DNA of 64,000 nucleotides from Octopus bimaculoides (lineage: Eukaryota), in assembly GCF_001194135.2 (NCBI RefSeq), contig NC_068983.1:147469946-147533945 (forward strand), in the 5' to 3' direction. Positions 1-13,909 of this stretch are shown here, piece by piece. Within the stretch, counting starts at the first letter, position 1. Each line of letters starts with the position of its first letter. The notes under the pieces were generated by a model. That model searched no databases, was not told where the DNA came from, and was given only the letters and a program-made list of their open reading frames with translations. Both the position numbers and the translations under genes were made by a program.

Positions 1-3000
1 TCTATCTATCTCTATCTCTTGCCGTACTTCCTTTAGTTTAATCAACTTTGACACTATCTCCGGCACGCCGTCTCTCTCTATTGATGCAGTCACGGCACGC
101 TCACCGAATAGAAGCGCCATCTATTAATTAGGCCGCATGCAGACGTTCTGTGAGCCACCTTGAAACACAGTCATTAAGTCATCTCGATAAAAGCGCGCAA
201 AACTGCTTTACATTATTGCTGCAGTGTTGTTGGTGTCAAACAAAGTGTGTGCGTGTGTTGATGGTGCTGACTGTGAGGAGGGGGTATTGGAGGTGTTGGT
301 AATGTCATTCGTATCGGCTGTTCTTATTGTCGTCTTCGCCATCGTCATTGTTGTTGTTGTTGCTGCTTTTGTTGTCTTTTTCTTGTTGTTGGTATTGTTA
401 TCACTTTAATTGTTATTGCTATTGTCGTTATTTTTGTTGTTGTTGGCGGTGGTGCTGCGAGAAGTGATGTAGGTGGTAGTGGAGGTGATGGCGATGGTGG
501 TAAAGGTGGTGATGATGGTGGTGGTGGTGGTATGGTGGTGGTGGTGGTGGTGGTAGTTGTGCGTCAGTGAAACCGCTAGTGCAGTAACTACAGCGATTAT
601 ATTTGTATGCAGTCAATGTTGGTTCATTGGCTTTGTTGTTACTGGTATTGTTGTTTTAGCTCGGGCTAAACCCCACATATCAAGCTGACATATAATCAAA
701 GACACTCCAGTCATTCCAACCGTGACCATTTCAACATTTTTGTTTTCTTTTGTTTATCAAAGAAAGCATTTCACAACGTATCCTTCTATATTTTCGATGG
801 AAGGTGCGATATGAAGGAAACTTGACTGCTATTTCTAACGCAGAGACACATTTATTGGCTCACTGCTCTTTGTTTGCTCCTATGCCGCTGCAATTACTGG
901 TAGTGCTTCTGTTATTGTTGTCATTGTTGTTGTGGCAATTGTCATTCTAGCCATGACCATCCTGTCTTTCACTCAGCCATACTAAGTATATCACATATTA
1001 TATCATACAATACGCTACTTCCTTCTTTGAAAACAAAATCAGTAGAATGTAAACTGAGAAAGATTTCGCTGCTACTTTTAGCAGTTCACGTAGAAGTCCT
1101 GCGGTTGAGTCATTGATGTTTAGCTCCATGTCGATCTTAATCGATAGCGTTCTAGTCGTGGGCACCTCGATTTTCTTTTATTCAAGCATAGTGTATTCAT
1201 TAACCAATATGCTCCTTTTATTGAAACAACAAGGGAGTTTTGGCTGTATTTTCTAGCACGATAATTGACCACGTAAAGGTTGCTATCCGTGGTGTTGGGG
1301 AGACTACCGGTTGTTGAAGTTACTGCAATTGTTTTTATTGCAATCATTGTTTTTGTTAATGTTGCTCCTTAATTACAATTATTGCTTACGCTGCAATAGG
1401 TGGCACAGTTACCCCTACTGTTGTTATTGCTAGTGTTGTTGATAATCATGAGGATAATGATGACAATGACGACAAAGATGATGACGTTGACGACAACGAC
1501 AACGAAAATGATGACGACGTCGAAAACGATAACAATTACGACAATAATGACACGTCAATGACAACGATGACGAAGTCAACAATAACTACGACGACGATGA
1601 AGATGATGTTTGGTCGTGGTTGAATATACCTTTGATCAAATGCATTTAAGCTGTGACAACCTCGTCTTTTTGTTATTTTTCAAGCATCAGGGATTACATT
1701 ATCCAATCTGCTCTTCTCCTTCTAAAATGGTATGAGATGATTCGAGGGAGATGTGGCTATCATTTTCAGCTGGTCAAAGGATTGTGCTCAGAGTCCGCGA
1801 ATTTGATAGTGAAACAGTTGTAGCAGTTGATGTTACTACTGTTGACATATTTTGTGATTAGTGAAATTGTTAAGCAGTTAATTATGCTGTTGCTTCTGAT
1901 GCCGAAGACTACGTTGTCGTTGCTATTGTATTTTCTTGATGTTGTTACATTAGCAGTATTGGTTCAGTTATTTCCACCGCTGCTGTTGCCGCTAAAACCT
2001 TCGTGACATTTGAAACAGAAAGTCAGTGACCATATCTTTTTGGTTTATGACCCTCTTTCACAATGGTACAAAGAAATACTTGAGTGACGATAGTGTGAAT
2101 AAAGATAATAGTTAGACAGAAACTTTATGATTCTTGAGAAAAAGACGAAGTCAAGTGAGATGTAGTTTTGGCGATGGGGTTGAAAAAATTGCTATTACAT
2201 AGTGTAGAGAAGATAAATAGGTGCGACATAGTACAATAAAAACGGGATAATGTTAGAATGTCGTGAGAATAAACTTGTCTTCTCACGGTAAACTGACATT
2301 ACCGCTTTTTAGAACTTCATTCTATTAATCGTACGTTGACACTAACTCCCATTAGACATTTCAAATTCAAATCGGTTTATCTTCCTTTCTTAATTTTTCC
2401 GTTCGCATCCTTCCTTTATTCCTTCTTTCATTGTCATTTATTTTTCCTCTTTTTCTTTTATAGTCAATTTACTTAAGAGTTCAATCCTAATTACTCAGCT
2501 AAAAACCACCAATTATTTCCTCACCACAATTCATCTGATTCCTACCTAATGTTTTATACATGTATATTGGCGAATTGACAGTACTACAGATATGTAGTTT
2601 GGTGTTTGGTATTTTGTAATCAGTGCTGGGCAGTAAACATGGCTTAGCAACGTTTTAAACAGTAAGAGGTAAAACAAAGAAGGAGTAATTCACCATGAAC
2701 TGGATGGTCGTTTAAATTGATATTTGTTAATTCAGATGGTTGGTTTGGGTCTTCTAGTGAGTTTCGGCTATGACAAGTGGCGTTAACTATTTTACAGTAA
2801 TTCTAAACACTATAAAACTGTGGAATGTTTTAATTCCTATATCGATCAACCAGAAGCGTTTGATCACGCTGGTTTCATATATACTCTTCAGCCGTACTAT
2901 GTCAATAACCATAGTTTCTAATCCTCATCCATAGGGTGAGAGATATCTGAAATCGTTTTTATGCCTGTATCGGTTGTAGGTGGTGGTTGAATCATTAGCT

Positions 3001-4418
3001 CACGAAACATTGGACATTTACAAATTTTTGCCGCTGCTGAATACGATGAATTGTCCTGCTTATATATGAGAACTGTTAGCGCAGCTAGCAGGTTAATTGT
3101 TGGATGTCTGAAGTCATACGTCTCGAGTAAAAATCTACTGCAACGTACTTGAGCAGTAAATACACTTAATTCTTCGTTAATTGCTATCACGAATAGACAC
3201 GAATCAATATTTATCTGAAAGAGATGAGCGGATTCTATATCCAAGGAATGCTTGGAGAATTATTGGTTTATCTCTCCCTTGATTTAATGCCACGAAAACC
3301 GACCATTAAAATGCTCTTTGGGGATTATGAAACCTTTTCACTTATTTTCATATAAGACACTGGTGGCTATGATGTGAAACGAAAAATGTGCTTGTCTGCT
3401 AGGAGATGTACTGACAGTTTATCATTTCCTTAACCATGTCTATTATAACTAAATCATTGCAGAAATGTAAAATCTGAAATATTTTTCTCTAAAAGTCTAT
3501 CAATTTGTTTCTTTTTATAGTGGTACATCTAAAATATTTTCAAAAATGGGTAATAAAACAAGAATATTACGTAAAACACCACACACATATTTAAAGCAAA
3601 ATTAGTATCAAAATCCTTTTCAATTTATCTACATCCTATAATAATAAAATTTTTGCTTTTTGCCTCTATCGCAGTCTATCGCAGTTCGAACCGATGAAGG
3701 AGCCGCCACGTGGTCATTCCATTGGTGAGACGTAGCAATAAAATTTCCCTCAAATGCAACTGCATGAAAAATAAAAAATAAAAAGAACATGGATAATGTG
3801 ACCTTAGATTCCCAGATCAAAGGAAACAACAGCAGTAACAGCGATGACGAACTTATGTTTGTCAGGATTTTAGTCGTCAAAATTTTATTGGGATAATGGA
3901 AGCCTCTTACACATATGTACATACATACGTTTATGTATGTGTATGTACATATGTATATGTATGTATACATGTATATATGTGCGTAGACATGTATGTATGC
4001 ATGTACGCATATATATATATTCAAAAGTCAAACACGTATATTAATAAACAAACGAACGGGAAAACGACACAGAAGGTCAAGTTGGAAAACATGTACTAAA
4101 TGCACAGATGAACAGAAAGCAAACACAGAAGATAACCGCAATTTCGTGCCATTATCGATAATATTGCTTTCACTCTGGAGGCAACTAAGCAAGAAAACTT
4201 GCTGGGAATGCGACCAGAACATTACAAAACAAAACGAGGCGGACAAACAATGGATGAACAGAAAATATGGAAATGGACATACAAAAATGAATAAAAATAC
4301 TTCGAGACGAGACTGTTAGTGGACAAAATAGCGAACCCCCCCCCCCAAAAAAAAAACGAAATAAATAAACAGAATGTAGCCTTAGGGCCAGGTGGAGACA
4401 ACTAATGTGTGTGTGTTC

Positions 4419-4668
4419 TGTAAATAATAATTATGAGCTTAAGCTTATAAGCGTTTAACGTATATCGGCTACAGAAAATAGTCTAATATCAGGGCATATA
4501 AACTTTTGACAGAGAGAAATGGGTATTAGTACGCGTGGAAATTGAACATGTGTACTAATACTTATGTTTTGTTTCCGTCAAGGGCTAAATAGCCCCAATA
4601 TTAGGCTATTTTCTACAACCAATATACGGTGAGCACATATGAGCTTAAGCTTATAATTATTATTTACA
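4419..4668. mobile_element. MITE-like fold-back element, palindromic over its whole length
   Basis: GTAAATAATAATTATGAGCTTAAGC... pairs with ...GAGCTTAAGCTTATAATTATTATTTAC. The arms align inward to GTATTAGTACGCGTG / CATGTGTACTAATAC around a 9-nt loop (4538-4546). Identity is about 80% by eye. Confidence 0.7.
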
Positions 4669-5649
4669 ATATATTTATGTGTGTGTGTGTGTGTGTGTGT
4701 GTGCGTGCGCGTGTGTGTATTCCGAATCACCAATGCTTTAGTACATAGTTTAGAAAAGGATGACAAAACTGGTCGGTTACAGCTAGAAATTGAAAGAAAT
4801 GTCTTATTGCTATATAAGACTATTGTATTAAACACTATAGCTATGAGTAACACTTTACTTATACCTATACAAATTGTTGCATGTAACGTGTTTGTTCTAT
4901 TTTAATGAAGTTCTGTGCTTTACAATATTAGTAAAAATATGAAAGTTCTGTACAAAAATTTCTACTCCAAATCCTTCCATGTTTGCCTTTCTTTGTAATT
5001 GTTCTCCATTCCTGTTGTCTATTGAAAGCTGCTTATTTTATCGTCAAATGATGCATAATTACAAACACTTTAACGATATTTTTCATTTAAAAATATTCTC
5101 GAAACGTTCATATGAATAACGAGGAATTGTGTTTTCAAAATTATATTCAATTAGTAAACTTGTTTATTTGCGTTAAAAAGATTTAGAAACTTATTAATAC
5201 TATTTAAATTCATCATACGGCGTAAGTGAATTTAGGTTATAGAGTAATGTTTTAATTATTGCAATTAGTAATTAACAAAATATCGCACTCGAAACCACTC
5301 AGCATTTTTCTAAACTGTAGACCCTTAGATACCATAATTTCGCCGAGTGACTACTAGCAGGTCTCGACAGTTGTATTCCTACTACTAAATAGAAAATGGT
5401 TTGTATGAGATGCTATTAGATGATATGTGTATATAGAGAAAGGTTTGTGTTATGTTATTGAATTAAAAATGGCTTGCATAGTATTTTAGCTCTTCGTTGC
5501 AGAGTTATTTTGGAGGGCAGTGTGTCGAATTATAAAGCCAGGTATGGTTTTTATGTTTGTGTACTTGTTCTTTACATTCATTTAATATTAGTTAATATCG
5601 CTACCCGTTAAAATTGGTACGATTATTAGTTTTCCTGTTCAACATTCTG

Positions 5650-6650
5650 TTATTTCCATTTCATGATTTTTGAACTTTGATAATCTTACGATCTTCTTTC
5701 GCTCAATATTTTAGCTATTCGGATCGAAATACTTATCAGAATAGAGATTTCTTTCATATCCAAGGAGTTTACGTTAATCTTCTTGAGAGACTGCACCAGA
5801 TAATTATAACCAGATCATCGTCATGTTCCACTTTCTGTGCATGTTTATCCCACATTTTAGCCATTTTCACTTCGAAGTGTTAGCATGGATTTAGAAGCCG
5901 ATTCGACTTTGCAAAGATTTGGCAGCGTGAAACAATGAGATCAATTGTTTTATTGGCCTGATAATATAGTCTGCACTTGATGATAACCTCTTATTTCGTC
6001 ATTTTGATAGAGTCCTTTTGTGATTAGGCATTGATTTGTGCAGCTAAAATCAGGCCTTCCGTTTCTACTGTTAGCCGATTGCTTTTGAGCCATGGCTCAC
6101 ATCCCTCATCCATCACTCACGACTTACATATTATCGGTCACAGTGTAGAATCTTTTCCTATTTTTACCTATTTAATTAATTCTGTTTTTTTGTTGTTGTT
6201 TGTTTTTAAATTTTTTCTATTGTTTTGTCCATTTGGAGGTGTCGCAGCATGACCATAGCCTATGGGCAAAAATACGTAAAAGAATACTAGAATACATAAA
6301 TCTTTTTCTTCAGTGTAGTTAGCGTCTTTACTACTTCATTATTTCCTTAAATAGAAGGAAGATTTTAAAAACTTCTTTGTTTTTGTTTTTTATTAAATTA
6401 ATCAGTTTTCATTAGAATTAACTAAACACTTGCTAATTCTACTGTTCTTATTTAGTAATAGTTCTCTGCTTCCATAAATATCCATTCTCCCTGTGTAAGG
6501 TGTCGGTCATCTTTAATATGGTGTCTTCGGAAAACTGTGAGGAGATTGCTTGTTTTTCTATTTAAATGCTTTTTATTCTTTTGATTTCCAACATTATTAT
6601 GTTTAACTATTGTCTTTCTTTTCTTTTTTGTAAGATCGAGTATCTATTTA
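5650..6650 (-). mobile_element. Decayed R4/Dong-clade non-LTR retrotransposon fragment
   Basis: The minus strand reads WLKSNRLTVETEGLILAAQ (6092-6036), the conserved post-RT motif of R4-type ORFs. Flanking frames are broken. Boundaries are approximate. Confidence 0.6.
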
Positions 6651-6755
6651 TCCCTTAGACTGGCCAAAGCTATCTCTATCTAATTTACTTTACTGTTCTA
6701 TAATTTAGAGTGCGTTTCTCTTTCGGCTATATGATTTTCTGACGATATATATATA

Positions 6756-7522
6756 CGTGACCTGATCAATAAGTATCCGGACTGTTACTATAGTAACGAT
6801 GCTAAAACATGCAGAGAAAAGCCGCTTGGCACACATTGACCGTAACCTCTGTTGTGCATGCGCACTAAGTTTTAACGTTCTAGCTTACTTTCACTGTTTA
6901 CAGTAGTGCTTGGAAGGAAGGTGTGTAGCGTGTGATCGTCGCATTGACCATGACAGACAAAGTTAAACAAAGAATTGCCATCGAATTTTGTCAAAAGCTT
7001 GGCAATACCTGCTCAGAAACCGATGCAAAGTTTTCAAAAAGTTTTCATCGTTCTTGACTTAATCAAGGAGATCTTGTGTAACTGAAACCTGAGTGTCTTT
7101 TTGGTCAGCTGAAAGCAGTTTTGGCACAAATTTGGCAGACACGCGTCTCATACTCAAATCTTCAGTAATAATGGACTGAACTGAATCGTAACTAATCTGC
7201 ACGTCTTCTGATAACTCAATGTATTTCTCAATTTTGCTGGCTGCGGGTATCCCAGAACGTTCGTCAATATCGACATTTTTCGGTCATCTTGGAACTCATG
7301 CACTCCTTGCTATACACCTTCTGCTACTTTGCGTAGGCCTCTGAACAGATATCGCCACGACAACTTTCTCTGTCATGGTCAATGCGACGATCACACGACA
7401 CACATCTTTCTTCCAAGCAATTCTGTAAACAGCGCAAGTGCTAGAACCAAGGTCAATCTGTGCCAAGCGGCTTCACTCTGCGTACTATAGTAACAATCAG
7501 GATACTTATTGATCATACCTCG
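6756..7522. mobile_element. Mariner-family derivative made of two inverted 5' ends
   Basis: Both ends carry CG..TGATCAATAAGTATCC terminal repeats in a TA-rich context. The plus copy has a transposase start MTDKVKQRIAIEFCQKLG (ATG 6950). The minus copy has MTEKV (ATG 7376) and later SIITEDLSMRRVSAKFVPKLLSADQK, a mariner WVPxxL-region motif. Confidence 0.85.
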
Positions 7523-8483
7523 TGTATATGTATATATATATACATATATATAAATACAGATGAGTGGTGCAACGAGGCATATATATATATNNNNNNNNNN
7601 NNNNNNNNNNNNNNNNNNNNNNNNNNNNNNNNNNNNNNNNNNNNNNNNNNNNNNNNNNNNNNNNNNNNNNNNNNNNNNNNNNNNNNNNNNNNNNNNNNNN
7701 NNNNNNNNNNNNNNNNNNNNNNNNNNNNNNNNNNNNNNNNNNNNNNNNNNNNNNNNNNNNNNNNNNNNNNNNNNNNNNNNNNNNNNNNNNNNNNNNNNNN
7801 NNNNNNNNNNNNNNNNNNNNNNNNNNNNNNNNNNNNNNNNNNNNNNNNNNNNNNNNNNNNNNNNNNNNNNNNNNNNNNNNNNNNNNNNNNNNNNNNNNNN
7901 NNNNNNNNNNNNNNNNNNNNNNNNNNNTATATATATACACATATATTTATACATATATATATATTTATATATATATGTATATATTTATACATATATATAT
8001 ATATATTTATACATATAATTCCTTAATACTTGCAGACAAAAATCGATGTACATTTTAACAGAGTAAATAAGTAAAACAAGATATCAGGTGTCTTGTAATA
8101 ACAGCTGTGTTTAAACATTAAATTTTCATATCTTTTTTCTGATAATTGGATGTGTCCTATCCTGTCAAGGAAAAGAACGGAATACTTTCATCGAGCTTGA
8201 CTTAAGAACATGTGAGCTGGTGGCCCAGCACATTATGCACACAGCCGTTTCGCTGTTTTATGGAGCAAGTTTGAACTGCAAAACACTTTTTATCAGTAGA
8301 AATAGCAAACGTAAATAAATGTATTTAGTATAGGAAACCTTTACACAATCAAAAGCAAATTTTACACTTTTACCACACTCTTTTATTACAATTGCGAGTC
8401 AAACAGTAACCCTTTTCACAATCGACCAAATTGCTAGAAATAGCAGTTAAATCTTCCTCAAATCACACTCTTCTGTCTAAAAA

Positions 8484-9636
8484 GCACTTTATAATTTCAA
8501 ACTTATTTTCTTTCAAATTCTAGTAAATAAAATTATATTCCATTCAAATTCTAGTAAATAAAATTATATTGCACTTTTTTTTTTCACTTTAGATATATTT
8601 ATATAGATATAGATATTTTTATATATTTTTATTTACTTTTAAAATTAAAAAGCATCAAACAAACAAACACTTTTAACCATATGTGCTCGATCACGACTTG
8701 GGTGACCTAGTGCTAAACAATAGAAACATCAAACTGTTTGCTCTATCACATTATGTTACCAGTTTACAGGTAAATGGACAAGGTCATTGAGAGTAGAATG
8801 TCTTGAATAGGAACGAAATAGCGCCAGAAAGAAACTCCAGCTTTTTTCAAGACTGTCTGATGCTTTATGGAGACACTGTCATCTGTAGTTCCTTAGCGAC
8901 ATAATGGAATTGAAATAAATACAACTGCATATCGAAACCGTGCCGTGTACTTACTGGACGTTTTTCTTTCTCCTCTCCAAATATTTATTTATTTCTGGTT
9001 AAAAAAACTGGATAGCAGTGGCATTTATATCATCCCTGATGGTGTCAAAAATATAAGTGAAATTAAATAGTGTTTAAATGAGAATCGAAATCGTTTCTCT
9101 GTCATCAATGTTAGGTGCTTACCTTCTATTCTAAAGAGTTATTGACGTCGTTCCTTGATAAAAACAGAAGGATTTCTTACCATAAGGGAAGTACATTATT
9201 TTCCTATAATGTGTGGAGAAAAACCTGATTGTGTGATACTCATTACTTTTGTAACGGCATTCCTGATGTAAACTTAAATCCACAGGGTCCTTACCCTGTC
9301 GCAGATTTGGCACGGCAGTAGTTTTATCTTCACTCCGATGTATTATGTAAAACTATGATGTAATATACAAAAATCATGCAAAGAAAATTTTCAGCGGATT
9401 CCCTCTTTCAATATAATGTAAAACAACTTTAATAGAATAAACAACAACTATAGATATTTTGAGTGTTTTCAACGCACTTTAATTATAATTTCAAACTCTT
9501 TTTCTTCCAAATTCTAGTAAATAAAATTATATTCCATTTTTTTTTTCACTTTAGATATATTTATATAGATATAGATATTTATATATATTTATATTTACTT
9601 TTAAAATTAAAAAAGCATCAAACAAACAAACAAACA
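8484..9636 (+). repeat. Local direct duplication of about 170 bp (8484-8669 and 9474-9636)
   Basis: Both copies share CAAATTCTAGTAAATAAAATTATATT...CACTTTAGATATATTTATATAGATATAGAT...TTAAAAAGCATCAAACAAACAAAC. Confidence 0.9.
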
Positions 9637-9907
9637 AAGAAAAAAATGACTTTAGTTTGTCATCTGACAATCAGTTCAACATCTTCAAATCCTTTCTGCA
9701 ACAATTCTGCTTAGTAATAATGCTTATTGTTTAAAACTCATTTCTTTTAAATATAAAATTCCATATCAATATGATTCTTTCTTTTTCTATAACTTTTTGC
9801 CACTCAGCCAATCGTTCTACAATTGATATCTTCATTCTTTCTTTTTTCTTTTTAAACATTTCAAAGCTTTAGGAACTTTCAGCTGCCAGTAATTACAGGT
9901 ATACTCA

Positions 9908-9908
<1 letters not shown>

Positions 9909-9982
<74 letters not shown>

Positions 9983-9997
9983 CATTATTATTATTAT
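9909..9997. repeat. (ATT)n microsatellite
   Basis: Visible trinucleotide run. Confidence 0.95.
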
Positions 9998-12786
9998 TCG
10001 GCCGAGGTCAACTTTGTCTTTCAACCTTTCGGGGGTCGATAAAACAAGTACCAGTTGAGTACTTGGGTCGATGTAATCGACTTATCCCTCCGAAATTGCT
10101 TATTGTTATTGATATCGTGGCGTTGCTCCCAAACTATCTGCGTGTTTAGATTCACCTATACCACGTCTATTCATTTCCAAAACGCCATATTTTTAACAGC
10201 AGTGAAGTCTCCCTCGTAGAACAAATACAGTGATTTGGAATTAGACAATGTTAGTGAAAGTGAAAAGAGTCAATCATGCAACCAACAAGGAGGCATTCAA
10301 AGTGTTCATTTTATATATACATTCTGTTTATCTAACTGCTTAATAAAGAACTCTGTACAAATATACCAAAGATCCTCATGCAGGTATGTTTCTTCTCGGC
10401 TATATTCAGAGTAAAATATACTGGAGTGAGTTTCCTTTAACGTCTCAGAGCTGTAGGAGGAATTGGATTATTCACTGGTGCTGCAAGCTAACGAAACACC
10501 CGTCAATTTCTGAGTGTTTCCTTCGTTTATAGTAGCTAGCTGTAATATAGTTTGATCCTCTTTTGCAGTTAACCTGACAGGGTCAGCGAGAGTTTCTTAA
10601 CCATAGGGCCATTATTGTGTTGATTGTGAAACAAATATCCTCATATTGATGGCCCATTCAGATTTTCCATATGCTGATTTCACATATTTCACAACCGACT
10701 ATAAAGTTATATAGTCTTCATTTTAATTCACTATTATTAAATCATGGAACATAATCCAGTTCTCATGAAATTAAGTGGTTGTGAGTCATGTTTAGATAGG
10801 ATTTTAGATAGGACTCTGGTCTATCGTGGGTATTCAGTATCGGGGATTCTCATCACCGTACTTACCAATAGGGAGAGTGAAAAACTGATGTGTTAGAAAT
10901 GAAGTAATTTGGTCAGTGATACACATCAATGCTCATACGGAACTCAAAACCTTTAGATAGTTATCCCGGCTTCTTGCAATCTCAATCGGCTTCATCATAA
11001 ACTGTTTTATAACAATAATATCAATAATAATGATATTTACAACAATAATGATATTTCAGTTAGGAACGATATTTTAGGAATGTAGAGCATCGTTCGTAAT
11101 AGAATGTCAAGATGCAGGTATTATATATTTTGCCATCGTGCCTCAGAAGGATAGTGGGAACTTTACTATGCACAAGGACACATATATGTGATAGATGAAG
11201 CGTATGAAGTGTGACTTGTATGACATTTAAGCCCTTTCCAAAAATTAGATGTTTCCAATCGATTTCAATATAGCTTTCCATTAAACAATACATGGATGTA
11301 GAAAAGTGACGTTTTGATTTTCCAAGAGCACTAATAATGATTTCTGATGACGTTGCTACAGTGAATCGAACGTTATCTCTAGAACTCATTTCAAAGAAAA
11401 TATTACATCGCACTGTAACTACGTTATAATGACTAGCAACAAGGCTGGAAGTGGTAGGGAGAGGGAGGGAGAGAGGGAGGGGGAGATAGATGATAGAGAG
11501 AGAAAGAAAGAGAGAGAGAGAGAGAGAGAGAGGGGGGAAGAAGTAAGGCCATTTAATTTAATCCCAAATGTATCTGTTACTTATTCTCACAACTCCGGAC
11601 GGATAAAAGGCAAAGCTGTTTTAACATTCAGTTCTTTAATCTAGCTTGTGGTTATACTTGTTCGAAGGAACAGTCACATACTCATATACAAACATACATA
11701 TATATATATATATANNNNNNNNNNNNNNNNNNNNNNNNNNNNNNNNNNNNNNNNNNNNNNNNNNNNNNNNNNNNNNNNNNNNNNNNNNNNNNNNNNNNNN
11801 NNNNNNNNNNNNNNNNNNNNNNNNNNNNNNNNNNNNNNNNNNNNNNNNNNNNNNNNNNNNNNNNNNNNNNNNNNNNNNNNNNNNNNNNNNNNNNNNNNNN
11901 NNNNNNNNNNNNNNNNNNNNNNNNNNNNNNNNNNNNNNNNNNNNNNNNNNNNNNNNNNNNNNNNNNNNNNNNNNNNNNNNNNNNNNNNNNNNNNNNNNNN
12001 NNNNNNNNNNNNNNNNNNNNNNNNNNNNNNNNNNNNNNNNNNNNNNNNNNNNNNNNNNNNNNNNNNNNNNNNNNNNNNNNNNNNNNNNNNNNNNNNNNNN
12101 NNNNNNNNNNNNNNNNNNNNNNNNNNNNNNNNNNNNNNNNNNNNNNNNNNNNNNNNNNNNNNNNNNNNNNNNNNNNNNNNNNNNNNNNNNNNNNNNNNNN
12201 NNNNNNNNNNNNNNNNNNNNNNNNNNNNNNNNNNNNNNNNNNNNTATATATATATATATGCATAAACCAATTTTACACCAAACCACACGGGCACACAAGA
12301 GTTATTCAATCAAGAAATAGGGAGTGTTGACGAAACTGTTTAACATTTATAGTTTCCCAATTCACCCTCAACGAAGTTCGTATATCAGCTAATGAGAAGG
12401 TCTTGGATTTGTTGAGGTCCTTCTTTGGCAGCTAGCAGCTGTTAGTGATTGTTCTTGTTATCCATAATTTTTTCCCTCCTGCTTATGATATCAACACCAT
12501 AAAAGGAAGCATTGTAAATTAAAGTATATCTTACACACACATACATGCACATCTATCTGTTTGTAGTCGTCTAAAAGTTCGTAAATTAGATCTTTGGTCA
12601 TAGACAAAAAACTTCCGTGTTTGTGCAATGTTTCCAGTATATCTCAGCCTTTGTAAATCTCATTCATCTCCAAAGCTAATTTATTTGGTCGGGTAAAATG
12701 ATACGAAGTTACTCAACCAGAATTAGAACTCCTCTTGCTGGTTCAGTTGATTGACACTAGTAGTCCACTGTAACCTTCTACCGTGT

Positions 12787-12787
12787 A

Positions 12788-12848
<61 letters not shown>

Positions 12849-12850
12849 CA

Positions 12851-12901
<51 letters not shown>

Positions 12902-12936
12902 TGTGTGTGTTCCTGTGTGTATGCATATATATATGC

Positions 12937-13001
<65 letters not shown>

Positions 13002-13165
13002 AATACATGCATACATATGTATATATATATATATGTGTGTATATACACATACATAAACACACACATACATATATAAATGTATGTGTGTGTGCATGTGTGT
13101 GTGTTTGTGTGTGTGTGTGCATGTGTATGTGTTTGTGTGTGTGTGCATGTGTGTGTGTGCGTATC
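12787..13165. repeat. Compound (CATA)/(TA)/(TG) microsatellite just downstream of the NKX2-2 stop codon
   Basis: Visible runs starting about 70 nt 3' of the stop on the minus strand; probably in the 3' UTR (inference). Confidence 0.9.
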
Positions 13166-13233
13166 AATTCTGGCGTATTTAATTACCCCCTCCAACCATG
13201 TTGCAAGAGACGAAGTTTCTCATTGTTAAATTC

Positions 13234-13909
13234 TCACCACCAGCCTGATCTTGGTTGCATGAGTGGATGCGAATAACTCGGTAATACACTCATGCCTACA
13301 TTAAGATTCACAGAATTCATACTATAGGAACAATTCATGTTCATTGAAGAAGATGCCAATGTTGACGCCATGTTAGCCATAGAATTCATCGGTGGCATTG
13401 AGTTCATCTGGTTATGAGCAGAAAGACTGTTATTTATGTTAGAACTTACTGTTGCGCCCAAGTTATGTTGTAACGAGAGCTGATCCTGTGCCTTTACAAG
13501 AGATCCGTTGACCGTCGATTGACACGGTTTTCCATCTCGTACCAACACGGGCACAGCTACACGCCTTGGCGATGGTAGAGGGTTCAGTTCAATGCCTTTC
13601 TCTTGACGGGCCCGCTTCAACTTGTAACGGTGATTTTGAAACCAGATTTTCACTTGAGTCGGCGTGAGGCGAATGATGCTAGCGAGATGCTCACGTTCCG
13701 GGGCGGAGAGGTAGCGTTGCTGGCGGAAGCGACGCTCCAGCTCATAGGTCTGGGCTTTAGAAAACAACACCCGACGTTTGCGCTTTTTCTGAGAATCGCT
13801 ACCGCCTCCACCACCACCTCCTCCACTGCTTCCGTTGCTTCCTCCCACTCCTATTCCGCCTGCACCGACTCCTCCTCCCCCCGAATGAAGAACAAAGCTT
13901 TCTACCGTT
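13234..13909 (-). CDS. NKX2-2: NK2-class homeobox transcription factor (NKX2-2/vnd orthologue), 3' coding exon; 5' part lost in the N-gap 13910-14467
   Basis: The translation contains the homeodomain [60 protein letters not shown] (13785-13606) with the NK2-diagnostic Tyr54. It is followed by the NK2-specific domain [19 protein letters not shown] (13578-13522) and a Trp-containing C-terminus (GWW*). The SKAQTY/RQQRY signature is NKX2-2 type rather than NKX2-1 or NKX2-5. Confidence 0.97.

Noticed and set aside
2866-2892. Minus-strand CTGAAGA-GTATATAT-GAAAC
   Set aside because: No stable stem II and the cleavage position would be G; probably chance.
2918-3244. 108-aa minus-strand ORF
   Set aside because: No recognisable motif, splice context or compositional signal.
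11344-11380. CTGATGA...GAACGTT hammerhead-like string
   Set aside because: It has GAAC rather than GAAAC, stem II is only 2 bp, and stem I does not pair.
12680-12685. AATAAA on the minus strand about 550 nt after the NKX2-2 stop
   Set aside because: The hexamer is common in AT-rich DNA and cannot be called the poly(A) signal without 3'-end data.
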